DNA of 64,000 nucleotides from Candidatus Oxydemutatoraceae bacterium (lineage in GTDB: Bacteria; Pseudomonadota; Gammaproteobacteria; Poriferisulfidales; Oxydemutatoraceae): the NCBI GenBank assembly GCA_965220085.1, contig CBDCOZ010000002.1:64001-128000 (forward strand), read 5' to 3'. Position 1 is the stretch's first letter, and every line of letters begins with the position of its first letter. This document shows positions 50,068-60,006 of the stretch, in pieces. The notes under the pieces are model-generated. The model saw nothing but the letters and a program-made list of their open reading frames with translations. It was not told where the DNA came from and made no database searches. The translations under genes were made by a program, and so were the position numbers.

Positions 50068-50913
50068 GGGTATTCTCCACTCCGAGAATTTCAATGGTGT
50101 CTGCCTGTTTCCAATCCAGTCCTCCGTCGGGTTTTCTTGGGATGGGATTGTGAGCGGGCACAAATATCAAGCGCTGAATATCCGTTAAATCGACCGACAA
50201 CTGACATTGCCGCCCGCGCTTGCCGCCGGTCAACTCATGACAGCGCGCCGGAGGAGTTTTGGGAGGCCCCATGTCCGCAAGCGTTTTGGCGGCGGCTAGT
50301 TCGGCCATGCGTCTGCGTATTTTTTTGACCATGCTACCATACTCTTTACTTAAGATTGCGTTCGCTGTTAAAAGTTTTCTCAAGTTTTTTCGTTCGGGAT
50401 TGTGAGCGGGCACAAATATCAAGCGCTGAATATCCGTTAAATCGACCGACAACTGACATTGCCGCCCGCGCTTGCCGCCGGTCAACTCATGACAGCGCGC
50501 CGGAGGAGTTTTGGGAGGCCCCATGTCCGCAAGCGTTTTGGCGGCGGCTAGTTCGGCCATGCGTCTGCGTATTTTTTTGGCCATGCTACCATACTCTTTC
50601 TTAAGATTGCGTTCGCTGTTAAAAGTTTTCTCAAGTTTTTTCGTTCGGAAATGTGAGCGGGCACAAATATCAAGCGCTGAATATCCGTTAAATCGACCGA
50701 CAACTGACATTGCCGCCCGCGCTTGCCGCCGGTCAACTCATGACAGCGCGCCGGAGGAGTTTTGGGAGGCCCCATGTCCGCAAGCGTTTTGGCGGCGGCT
50801 AGTTCGGCCATGCGTCTGCGTATTTTTTTGGCCATGCTACCATACTCTTTCTTAAGATTGCGTTCGCTGTTAAAAGTTTTCTCAAGTTTTTTCGTTCGGA
50901 AATGGATAACCAT
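50057..50913 (-). pseudogene. higB: HigB-like (RelE/ParE fold) toxin gene disrupted by internal ~251-bp triplication
   Basis: RRMAELAAAKTLADM...PPARCHELTG..LSVDL occurs three times; a single start (50913) and a single C-terminus (IEILGVENTHGK). Confidence 0.85.
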
Positions 50914-51231
50914 ATTAGATAAGTTTAAGCACTATTCTACCATACTCATAGCAGAAAAAAGTAAACCCCATGCGTTATCTTTTTTAAGGCCCCCTCGTGT
51001 CGGAGGCCAAGCAAAATCGGGAGCGCCAAAGCCCTTTTGCCCTATTCAAAACCGCAGATTCGCCGATGGGCTTGAGCGCTTAGGCCGGCAGATTGCGGTC
51101 TTGGCATGGCAGACGGTGCGGAATTGGTTGCGGCGATTTGTATCAAGCCCTCTTCTGAAGGGAGCGGTTTAGTAAGAATCTCCTCTCGCACTAACCGCAC
51201 TCCGCCTTCGCAGGGGAATTACTCGCACTAA

Positions 51232-52392
51232 CTACAGTTGTATGATGCGTTCCATCATTGCAGGCAGCGGAACGATTTCAGTACCCTGAGATGTCTGGCG
51301 GGTGTCGGCGCCGGGGTAGACGATGAAGCTACGCTTAATGCGCAGGTCGGCGCATGCTTGGCGGAAGCCTTTGGAGAGTTTGGGAGCGGAGTTGCGCTTG
51401 ATTTCTATCGCCCAGAGTTTGCCGGCGCCCATCTCCAGTATCAGGTCTATCTCGGCACCGGCGGAAGTCCGGTAGAAGAAGCTTTGGGTACCCGGCGGCA
51501 AGACGCTGTGCAGATTGTCGATGACGAAACCCTCCCAACTGGCGCCGCTTGCGGGGTGATTGAGCAGGGCGGCGATGTCTTGCAAGCCCAGCAAGGCATG
51601 CGCCATGCCGCTGTCGCGGATGTATATCTTGGGTGATTTGATCAGGCGCTTGCCGACATTGCCGTGCCACGGCGGCAGGCGACGTAGCAACAGCAACTCT
51701 TCGAGCAAACCCAGATAGCGGTTCACAGTCTGCCCGCTGATGCCAAGCGCTCTCGCCAGAGTCGCAACATTGAGCAGGCTGCCTTGGCGATGTGCGAGCG
51801 CCGCCCAGAAGCGGCGCAGCACGGGCGCCGGAATGCGCGCATCCAGTTGCGTGATGTCGCGCTCCAGATAGGCGGTGAGGAAGCGGCGGCGGCAGCCCAT
51901 GCTGCTCGCATCATCTGTGGCCAGATAACTTTCCGGAAAGCCGCCGCGCAACCACAGCCGATTGTGGTCGTCCGCATCCCGTAGCGACAGCGGGGTCATC
52001 TCCAGATAGGCTATGCGCCCCGCCAGACTTTCGCCGGGCTGGCGCAACAGCGTCCCGGACGCCGAGCCCAGAAACAGGAACTGACCATTGTCGCGGCGCT
52101 CCGGCAGGTCGCGGTCTATGATGTTGCGAATCGGCGCGAAGATGTCGGGAATCTGCTGTATCTCATCCAGTATCACCAGGCAGTCCCGATGACTGGCGCA
52201 AAACAAATCAATGTCCTCGACCTCGCTTCGGTCGGCGGGGTTTTCCAAATCCTTGTAGACCGCATCCCGCATTTTTGCTATCTGCCGCGCGAGGGCGGTC
52301 TTGCCTACCTGCCGCGGGCCCAGCAAGGCCACGGCGGGGTAGCGCCGCAGGTGATCCAGCACCTTTAGGAATAGTGACTCTCGTGCAATCAT
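51232..52392 (-). CDS. AAA_14 ATPase with DUF4143 domain (COG1373)
   Basis: GPRQVGKT, LDEIQ, ESLAGR, RGGFP, KSPKIYIRDSG and EIDL..AIEIK. Confidence 0.92.
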   Translation of the reverse strand: MIARESLFLKVLDHLRRYPAVALLGPRQVGKTALARQIAKMRDAVYKDLENPADRSEVEDIDLFCASHRDCLVILDEIQQIPDIFAPIRNIIDRDLPERRDNGQFLFLGSASGTLLRQPGESLAGRIAYLEMTPLSLRDADDHNRLWLRGGFPESYLATDDASSMGCRRRFLTAYLERDITQLDARIPAPVLRRFWAALAHRQGSLLNVATLARALGISGQTVNRYLGLLEELLLLRRLPPWHGNVGKRLIKSPKIYIRDSGMAHALLGLQDIAALLNHPASGASWEGFVIDNLHSVLPPGTQSFFYRTSAGAEIDLILEMGAGKLWAIEIKRNSAPKLSKGFRQACADLRIKRSFIVYPGADTRQTSQGTEIVPLPAMMERIIQL

Positions 52393-52520
52393 CCTTGCAA
52401 TCCTATAAGCATGGTTGCAATATTGCAAGGATTAGCGGGCTGGTATGTGAGGGCAATGCAAGATTTTCACTCCTCCGCAAGGGGAAGTGATGGGCTACGG
52501 CGGGCGAATATTTCGCAGGT

Positions 52521-52552
52521 AACTATAAAAAAGTCTTGACTTTTTTATAGTT
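52521..52552. promoter_or_regulatory. Perfect 15-bp-arm AT-rich palindrome, putative operator
   Basis: aactataaaaaagtc-tt-gacttttttatagtt; related copy at 56311-56340. Confidence 0.6.
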
Positions 52553-52623
52553 CGGTATGAAAAAGTCAGGCGCCGGATGCGCTGGGGAGAGGCGTATCGC
52601 CTGCGCTGCGGATGTATGCGGGA

Positions 52624-53200
52624 CTATACTCTCCCCTCGCGGGAGAGTCGGCAAGCGTAGTGCGCCGGAGAGGGGGAAAGCTCTCGCAAGATGCCTAGTG
52701 GCAATGTGCAAGATGTCCGGTTCTGTCTCCGGGAGTATCCGGACAAAGAAATTTTAATTCTTGTTTTCCGCCTGTTTTCTCGAATTTTTTCCAGACGGCA
52801 CACGGCTTCGGCTTGCGCTGCCTCCAAGCTGCTGGCGGACAATAACTTGGCGACGTCGTCTCGGCATTTCGCCGATCGCTTATACCCATTCCCTGCCGCA
52901 ATGGAATACCAGATATATGCCTCCTTATAGTTTTGTGCAACGCTCTGACCGTTGACATACATCAAGCCGAGATTGTTTTGTGCGCTGGCGTCCCCCTGTT
53001 CGGCGGCGCGTCGATACCATTTCACCGCTTTCTTATAATCTTGCTCAACGCCTTTGCCAGCTAAACACATCCAGCCGAGCTCAAATTGCGCTTTGGCATC
53101 CCCCGCTTTTGCTTTTTCTCTGGTTTCGTCAAAAGAACCACCTGTCGAGGGCGTTTCATTTTTCAATTTGTCGGAACGGCGGAAAACCGGAAATAATGTC
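52624..53200 (-). pseudogene. Sel1-like repeat gene remnant (2 SLRs)
   Basis: GDAKAQFELG...NYKEAYIWYSIAAGNG; no clear start; frameshift at the family C-terminus (~52775). Confidence 0.65.
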
Positions 53201-53206
53201 CGAACC

Positions 53207-53241
53207 CTTGTCGTTCCCAAGTACCGCTTGGGAACGACAAG
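53207..53241. terminator. Perfect 15-bp stem hairpin just downstream of the imm-like gene (terminator or REP-like)
   Basis: cttgtcgttcccaag-taccg-cttgggaacgacaag; no clear U-tract. Confidence 0.45.
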
Positions 53242-53246
53242 AACGG

Positions 53247-53543
53247 TTAATTGTCCGCCCGCGGATGCCCACAGCCGGGACACGCAGTCGCATGCGGTGA
53301 AATTTTCTTGCCGCACATCTGACACGCAATAAGCGAACTCGACGAATCCTGCTCCTCTCTGGTTTCTTTGGGCCTTGTGTTATCGCTACAAGCCAAAGCC
53401 AAAGCGATAGCCCAACCGACCCCAGTCCATCCGAGGAAAAAATTGACGACAAATATCGGCGCGGTGTTTTTGTGCTCGCGGTTCGCTGCGACTATCGTCG
53501 GCAGAAAGTAAAGTGCGATGGCGATGGGGATGAGAAATTCCAT
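53247..53543 (-). CDS. Superinfection immunity (T4 Imm-like) membrane protein with C-terminal zinc ribbon
   Basis: LYFLPTIVA..REH.N...IFVVNFFLGWT.VGW..AL plus CQMC...CPGCGHP. Confidence 0.85.
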   Translation of the reverse strand: MEFLIPIAIALYFLPTIVAANREHKNTAPIFVVNFFLGWTGVGWAIALALACSDNTRPKETREEQDSSSSLIACQMCGKKISPHATACPGCGHPRADN

Positions 53544-53654
53544 TTTTGATCAGTGGGAATTGAATGGGATGGACACCGATTTGGAGGGATTCTATCATAA
53601 AATGAGTGTTTGATGCCATGTGACATATTGGACATGGGGCAAATATTGTGTGTG

Positions 53655-53957
53655 TCATGGGTGATTGAGGCTCTTATTGTAATCCTCTATGATTTTGTGG
53701 GCCATTTCCTTTGTGAGTGCGCCAGTTACGGCATCTTTGGGCACCTCATGGCTCACCTCCTTGTCCATATGGCGCTCCCGCAACTCCGCGCACAATCGCT
53801 CTGGCTTATCGTACAGGCTAGCTCGGGCAAGCTGAGAAAGCATATCTTGGATTGCGGTTACTTCCCCATCGGTCAGCCCACCGCCGAAGACCGCACTTGT
53901 CAGGCGGGTACCTTTGTTTACCTGCCCTCTTATCCGTTCCTTAAAAGTCTGTGCCAT
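53655..53957 (-). CDS. Hypothetical protein
   Basis: 100-aa ORF co-oriented downstream of the methylase; no recognised motif. Confidence 0.5.
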   Translation of the reverse strand: MAQTFKERIRGQVNKGTRLTSAVFGGGLTDGEVTAIQDMLSQLARASLYDKPERLCAELRERHMDKEVSHEVPKDAVTGALTKEMAHKIIEDYNKSLNHP

Positions 53958-54000
53958 TTCCCCATCTGTGGCCCCCTGCAACTGCGCCGCCGCGGGATGG

Positions 54001-54915
54001 TCATCGCGCCGCCGGGCATTGCCCGCCGTCCATCCATGACAGGTCGCGGGAGATTGCGAGTTCGGTCATGGTGGCATGATGGGTGTTTTTCATCGCCACC
54101 GGGCGCGCCGCAAAGCCGTATTTGGCGGCCAGCTGCCGCACCTCAGGGGCGTTGTTGTGGGTCATCACAAAGTCGCCGGACAGGGCGGCGCACAGGGCAA
54201 ACAGGCGGTCGTGGTCCAGGCTGTGGTGCGCATACAGGCGGCGGCCGGCATTTTTGCCGCCGGCGGTGTATGGCGGGTCTATGAAGAATGCGGCATCGGC
54301 GTCGGCGGCATGGCGGCGGAGGCAGGCCATGCCATCGCCATGCTCAAAGCGCAGGTGATGGCGCATCCGACAGATGGCGCGCAACCTTTTGGCCAGGGTC
54401 TGCGGATACCATCTGGAGGCCAGCCCGCGGCCGCCCTCGCCGGCCCTGGTCAGCCCGGAGCCAGCGGCCAGTATGCCGCCGTGCAGGGTGCGATTGCGCA
54501 CTATGGTCTGGAATGCGCGCTCCCTGAGGCAGCCGGGCTGCGCCCGAATGACTGCGATGACCGCATCCCTGGACATCTCAAATGCCAGTATGCGCCGGGC
54601 CAGCCACTCGCCATCGCCGGCCATCAGCGTCTGCCAGACCGCCGCCACCGCATCGTCCAGCTCCACCATCAGGGCGCGCCCGACCAGGCCCTCGGCCACC
54701 GCCGTCAGCGAGATTATGCCGCCCCCGGCAAAGGGCTCCACCAGCAACGGCGGCCGCGCCCGGCGCGCGCCCAGCCATTGGCGCAGACGCGGCACAAACC
54801 AGGTCTTGCCGCCGGCATAGCGAAACGGGCTGCGATGCGGCACAGAGGCCGGATTGACCAGATTGGCGGGAGAGGAGACCTCATGCACACCATCAAAAAG
54901 AGCGGCCTGTTGCAC
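54001..54915 (-). CDS. Dam-family (D12 class) DNA methyltransferase
   Basis: SPFRYAGGKTW, EPFAGGG and FIDPPY. Start GTG 54915 or ATG 54948. Confidence 0.92.
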   Translation of the reverse strand: MQQAALFDGVHEVSSPANLVNPASVPHRSPFRYAGGKTWFVPRLRQWLGARRARPPLLVEPFAGGGIISLTAVAEGLVGRALMVELDDAVAAVWQTLMAGDGEWLARRILAFEMSRDAVIAVIRAQPGCLRERAFQTIVRNRTLHGGILAAGSGLTRAGEGGRGLASRWYPQTLAKRLRAICRMRHHLRFEHGDGMACLRRHAADADAAFFIDPPYTAGGKNAGRRLYAHHSLDHDRLFALCAALSGDFVMTHNNAPEVRQLAAKYGFAARPVAMKNTHHATMTELAISRDLSWMDGGQCPAAR

Positions 54916-54917
54916 GG

Positions 54918-55810
54918 CTAATTGCCCCCCAGAGGGGAATCCATGCACCTGTTCACAGGCTCGACTTCCAGCTTTTCGTCCACTTTGGCCTGCAAGGTGC
55001 CAAGAAATGCATCTATTCTACCCACTTTTGGCCGGGTTATGCCACGCAGAGCGGCATCAAATTTTGTATGCAGGGTTTTATGGTGCCGCAGCGTATAGCC
55101 GCCATTGTCCGGTGCCATCTCCAGCCGGTAAACAAGCCATGCCATATCAGCATCCGCCTGTGGTACCGCCTCCATCTCTGGCAGGGTATTGAAAAACGGC
55201 TCGTCCATGGCGACCGCCATTTTCTTGCCCCAAGCATGAAAAATGGCACCCTTGAACATCAGTTGAGGTGCCAGCCGCTTGCGGGAGGATGACAAGAAAT
55301 CCGGTCTGGGGTAGTTGGGCTGGTCGCGCCAATCCATCAGTGCGCGCCCTTGGCAGTCTTCCATGTAATGGGCAAAGGGTCTTCGCACATTGCCGATATG
55401 TACACTGCCTGAATCTCAAGGGCACCAAAATCGCAGACTCTGCCATGCTCGTTGTATGCAACCAGAATCATATCCACATTGCCAGCAGATTGGCCATTGC
55501 CATCAGCCAGCCGCACCTCGGTAAGCGAAGTCCAACGGGCACCATTGGGGAAGAAGAAACGCGCCGCATCATCGGCTATAAGCCAATCCTCACGGAAGCG
55601 AATCGGGCAAGTTATAACGGTCCCCGCATCACTGTTTATGCTACAAATGCCCAGAGGGTCTTTGGCCTTGTCCTTGGTGCAGTTTGGCACCTTGTTGTTG
55701 AACGGGCATAGCTTGTTTGTGCGAAACCGCCTGGCCCTGTCGCTGGCATCTGCCGGCAGATGCCCGAACACCTCAGCCAAGGGATGCTTTGGCTCTCCCG
55801 AATACGGCAT
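54918..55810 (-). pseudogene. NotI-family restriction endonuclease, frameshifted near 55392
   Basis: LAEVFG, CPF..C.K..G.CS..CP.RF, GNVD and EIQAVYIS, then a frame change to RPDFLSSSRKRLAPQL..KG. Confidence 0.8.
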
Positions 55811-56265
55811 CAGCCCATGATGGGGTGCTGAGTGGCGGTCGCCGCACTGGTCTCGGCTGTCTGTAGCATGGCGTTTGCCAGCTCCGGGGTGCGGCGCACG
55901 GGCTGGTCTGCCAGCGAGTCGCCGGTCTTGCGAAAGGCATCCAGCCGCGCGCTGCCGGTCACCAGCAGAGCCGGGGGCAGACCTTCCACATCGCAGATGC
56001 CCTTCAGCCAGGCTTTCCAGCCGTGCCTCTTGTGCAGTTCATCAAAGATTATCAGGGCGCGCTGCCTGTCCCAACTCTTGTCGCGAAGCACTTGCCGATG
56101 CTCGGCCGAATCATAGTTGATGTATTGATAATCCGACTCCAACATGCGTGCCAAAGTGGTTTTGCCGCACTGACGCGGCCCGGTGACCAGAGCTATCTTG
56201 TCTGCCAGTGCTTCGGCTAGCGGCTGTTGCAGATATCGCGGGACGGGGTTGTCGGCGTTTATCAT
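55810..56265 (-). pseudogene. Truncated AAA_14 ATPase (N-terminal third)
   Basis: GPRQCGKTT, FDELHK and TGSARLD..GDSLA, after which homology stops. Confidence 0.8.
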
Positions 56266-56715
56266 GTGTTGCGTTTGTGGCGTTGAATTATGCTGACTAT
56301 TTTATGGTTAGCTATAAAATAGTCAAGACTTTTTTATAGTTGGGTGGCAAAAAGTCAAGCTCTGAATATGCTGGCGAGAGGCGTATTGCTTGTGCTACGG
56401 GCATATGCGGTATGGTAGTGTCGGTGGTGTCTTAGCTATGCGCACATTGGCGCAACCGGATGTTACCGCAGACAAGCATTGGAACCTTGTTTGCAGAAAA
56501 TGGATGGGGTGGCTTATAATTTTCCGCATGAAGAGCGAGTTCACGCAATCCATTTCTGACACACCGCGTTTCGCCGATAGTGCGGATACCGGTGTTTTCC
56601 AAACAGACTGCCCTGCACAAGGCAATGCGCATCGTTCCGTCGGAGGAAAAGGATTCGGTAGTACTGGGTCAGAGTGGAAAGCGATGCATGAGACAATGAC
56701 AATGGAGATGAAACA

Positions 56716-58587
56716 ATGAGCAACAACATCGATGCCGGCACGAAAACTGTCAGGATGGTCCTCGGACAAAAATACTCCGTGGATTTCTACCAGCGGGAAT
56801 ACAAGTGGAGAGACAAGCAAGTCGAAGAGTTGGTGAACGACTTGGTGGGCGCTTTCATTCCTCAGTGGGCGCCGGAGCACGATTCGCAGATGATTCGCAA
56901 CTATCGCGGCTACTTTCTTGGCTCCATAATCGTGAGCGACCGCGACGGCATTCATTATATTGTGGATGGGCAACAACGCCTCACTACCTTGACTCTGCTG
57001 CTTATCGCTCTGCTCGGCAGGATGGACGAAGAGCGGCGGGGACAGCTGGCGGACCTCATCCGCTCTGTTCAATTCGGAGAGAAGAAATTCAATCTGGATA
57101 TCCCAGAGCGGGAGGAATGTCTTACCGCTCTTTACGATGGGGCCCCCTTTGACGAGGAGGGGCAACCCGAGTCCGTCCGCAACATTTTGCGGCGGTATCG
57201 GGAGATTGAAGATTTGCTGGATGGGCTCAAGGCGGATGAGGAGGATTTCCCGTTTCCCTATTTTGCCGATTGGCTGATTGAGTTGGTGTGCCTTGTGGAA
57301 ATCAAGGCTACTTCGGACGAGGATGCCTACACCGTCTTTGAGACAATGAACGATCGTGGCCTGTCGCTCACGCCGACCGAAATGCTGAAAGGGTATCTTC
57401 TGGCCAAAATCCCTGATTCGGAAACTCGCAGAGAAGCAGAGGGTGTCTGGAAGGAGCAGGTGGGTAAGCTTGTGGATTACGGCAAGGACGAGGACGCTGA
57501 CGCTATTAAAGCATGGTTGCGCGGACGACATGCGAACAGCATTCGCGAGCGCAAGCGCAACGCCGCACCTCGGGATTTTGACCGCATCGGGTCGGAATTC
57601 CATCGCTGGGTTCGGGACAAAGAACGTGTCCTCGAGCTGAAAAGCAGCTGCGACTTTAAGCGCTTTATCGCCAAAGAATTTAAATTCTACTCGGATTGGT
57701 ATCTCCGCCTGCGCCGTGCGGCGGACGATATTTCCACCGCCGGAGATGACGGTTTGGAAAGTGTCTGCCACAATGCCGAATTCAGGTTCACTTTGCAATA
57801 CCCGGCATTGTTGGCCGTGTTGTCCCCGGACGAATCAGACGCTATCGCGCTACCCAAGTTGCGGGTGACCTCCGCATATCTGGATATCTTGATTCACCGT
57901 CGCATCTGGAGCGGAAGAACCATCAGTTACAGCGCGATGACTTACGCGATGTACCTTCTGATGCGCGAATTGCGCAATAAGGATGCGCACGCCATTGCCG
58001 AATGCCTTGTCGATCGGCTGGATGATCCGTTCATGTCTGCGGATGTTTTTTCAAAACATCCGCACTTCCGCTTGCACGGACAAAACAAGCCCGCAGTGCG
58101 CCGCATACTCGCTCGCATAACTGCTGTGTTGGAGCAGTGGGCGACCGGTGAGAATTATATCCAACGCTACGCAGAGTACGCGAAATACGAGATCGAACAC
58201 ATCTGGGCGGATAAGTTCGCACAGCACAGGCACGATTCCGAGTTTGATAATGAAACTGATTTTTATGAATTCCGTAATCGCATTGGCGGATTGTTGCTTC
58301 TCCGCAAGTCAGATAACGCCTCCTACAATGACAAGCCCTATGCCGGGGCTGATGGCAAGCGAGAGTTCTACCTTCGCCAGAACCTGCTGGCCCAATCCTT
58401 GCACGAAAAATGCTATGAGAATAATCCGGGGTTTTTGCGCCGCACAAAGGACAAATACAACTTACCGTTCAAGCCGCACTCGGAATTTAAGAAAAGCGAC
58501 TTGGAAGAGCGGCAGGCGCTGTATGTCCAAATCGCCGAGCAGATTTGGAACCCTGCTCGCCTATTGGAATTGGCGAACGGGGATTAA
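56716..58587 (+). CDS. DUF262-DUF1524 protein (GmrSD-type modification-dependent restriction nuclease)
   Basis: YQREYKW, VDGQQRLTT, FETMNDRG and EHIW...RIGGLLLL...NAS. Confidence 0.9.
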   Translation: MSNNIDAGTKTVRMVLGQKYSVDFYQREYKWRDKQVEELVNDLVGAFIPQWAPEHDSQMIRNYRGYFLGSIIVSDRDGIHYIVDGQQRLTTLTLLLIALLGRMDEERRGQLADLIRSVQFGEKKFNLDIPEREECLTALYDGAPFDEEGQPESVRNILRRYREIEDLLDGLKADEEDFPFPYFADWLIELVCLVEIKATSDEDAYTVFETMNDRGLSLTPTEMLKGYLLAKIPDSETRREAEGVWKEQVGKLVDYGKDEDADAIKAWLRGRHANSIRERKRNAAPRDFDRIGSEFHRWVRDKERVLELKSSCDFKRFIAKEFKFYSDWYLRLRRAADDISTAGDDGLESVCHNAEFRFTLQYPALLAVLSPDESDAIALPKLRVTSAYLDILIHRRIWSGRTISYSAMTYAMYLLMRELRNKDAHAIAECLVDRLDDPFMSADVFSKHPHFRLHGQNKPAVRRILARITAVLEQWATGENYIQRYAEYAKYEIEHIWADKFAQHRHDSEFDNETDFYEFRNRIGGLLLLRKSDNASYNDKPYAGADGKREFYLRQNLLAQSLHEKCYENNPGFLRRTKDKYNLPFKPHSEFKKSDLEERQALYVQIAEQIWNPARLLELANGD

Positions 58588-58611
58588 GTGCGGATGCGAT
58601 GCGTGCTTCCG

Positions 58612-59817
58612 TCAGTTTGACGGAGGGCGGCTTCTTAGCACCACGGTCACATGCGTCTCGCGCACCCGGAATTCCGGGGCGGGGTTGCCGTTGCGCTCCA
58701 TCGAGCGGCGGATGGCGCCGATGCCGAAGCCGAAGCGCTCGATCAACTCCGCTGCCCGCATCGCTTCCGCTAACTTTCTGTTGCGATAATCGGTCAATCC
58801 TTCCTCTCCGAAACTGTCGGCGGTCACCCGTCCGTAAGGCCCGCCGGGGTTGCGGATTTCCACGCGGTCTTCAAACCAGTAGCATTGGGTTGGCGCGTTA
58901 GTGCCTTCGTAAGAGCGATGTAAAACCGCGTTACGGATGGCTTGTTGCAGAGCGATGAAAGGATAGTCGGGAGAATCCACCCGATGTTTTTCGCCGATGA
59001 CGGCCGAAGTTCGGATGTGGGTTTTCATTAGCGATTCAATGTCGCTGATTTGCTGAAAGACTGTTCCATGAATTTGCTTGTGATCAATGGCCTCAGCGGC
59101 GGAAACAATGTCTGTCCCGGGACAGCGCAGGAATTGAATGTAAGCGCCGCCCAGCCACTCTTGTGGCTCCTTGCCAAAGCATAAGATTCCGGCGTTATTG
59201 ACATTGCCTGCGGTGTTCATGAATCCGAGGGATTGCAGTTGGCGGGAAATGTCGCGATTGTTTTCGGCGAGCGTGTCCGCCGACACCGCCTTGGTTAAGT
59301 AGTCCTGAAACGCATACGGGTTCAAGTCGTTCGGCGCGGCGGGCGGACGGGCGGGACGCTGGTCAAAAGTCAGGTCGGCGGCGACGCGTTTTTCATTCAG
59401 ACGGACTTCATCATTGGGGCTGGCGATGGCCGCGCTGGAGCCAATGCGAACCCAACAGCGTCCGTCATAGCGCACTGGCGGATCAATAACGGGCTCCACA
59501 ATCACAACGGCGACATCCGCGCCTTGCAAGTGTCGCTTTTGCGCCGTCATGGTCGGTAGCGGGAGAATCTTTTTGTTGTGTCGCAATCCCGTCAGCATCC
59601 GCAGGAGGTCATCGTCCACGGGCAACTGCCCGGTCGGCTCGCCCTTGTCGTTCACCCCGATGAAAAGGATGCCCGGCTTGCCGTGACCGGACAGGTCGTT
59701 CGCAAAGGCGCAAATCGCCTTGCAGAGTTTGTCCGTATCCGTTTCGGACACGGCAAACCCTGCCCGCTCGGACTCCCCCTCGCACAGAAACTCTAGCAGT
59801 TGTTCGTCGGTCAGCAT
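58612..59817 (-). CDS. AlbA_2 (Schlafen-like) plus HATPase_c_4 domain protein
   Basis: ICAFAND...LFIGVNDKG, AIRNAVLHRSY, EIRNPGG, YRNRKLAE and IERFGFG. Confidence 0.88.
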   Translation of the reverse strand: MLTDEQLLEFLCEGESERAGFAVSETDTDKLCKAICAFANDLSGHGKPGILFIGVNDKGEPTGQLPVDDDLLRMLTGLRHNKKILPLPTMTAQKRHLQGADVAVVIVEPVIDPPVRYDGRCWVRIGSSAAIASPNDEVRLNEKRVAADLTFDQRPARPPAAPNDLNPYAFQDYLTKAVSADTLAENNRDISRQLQSLGFMNTAGNVNNAGILCFGKEPQEWLGGAYIQFLRCPGTDIVSAAEAIDHKQIHGTVFQQISDIESLMKTHIRTSAVIGEKHRVDSPDYPFIALQQAIRNAVLHRSYEGTNAPTQCYWFEDRVEIRNPGGPYGRVTADSFGEEGLTDYRNRKLAEAMRAAELIERFGFGIGAIRRSMERNGNPAPEFRVRETHVTVVLRSRPPSN

Positions 59818-59882
59818 TTGGGAATTATAACGACCTCGCAATTCAACCGGCGCTTGTGGCCATAGCACTCGCACGAACCTGC

Positions 59883-60003
59883 ACTCTCCCCTCGCGGGAG
59901 AGTCGGCAAGCGTAGCGCGCCGGAGAGGGGAATCTTTCGCAAGATGCCTAGTGGCAATGTGCAAGATGTCCGGTTCTATCCCCGGGAGTATCCGGATAAA
60001 GAG
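59883..60003. repeat. BoxC-like palindrome plus Sel1 downstream flank, duplicate of 52628-52750
   Basis: actctcccctcgcgggagagtcggcaagcgtag...gcaagatgcctagtggcaatgtgcaagatgtccggttct. Confidence 0.85.
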
Positions 60004-60006
60004 ATC

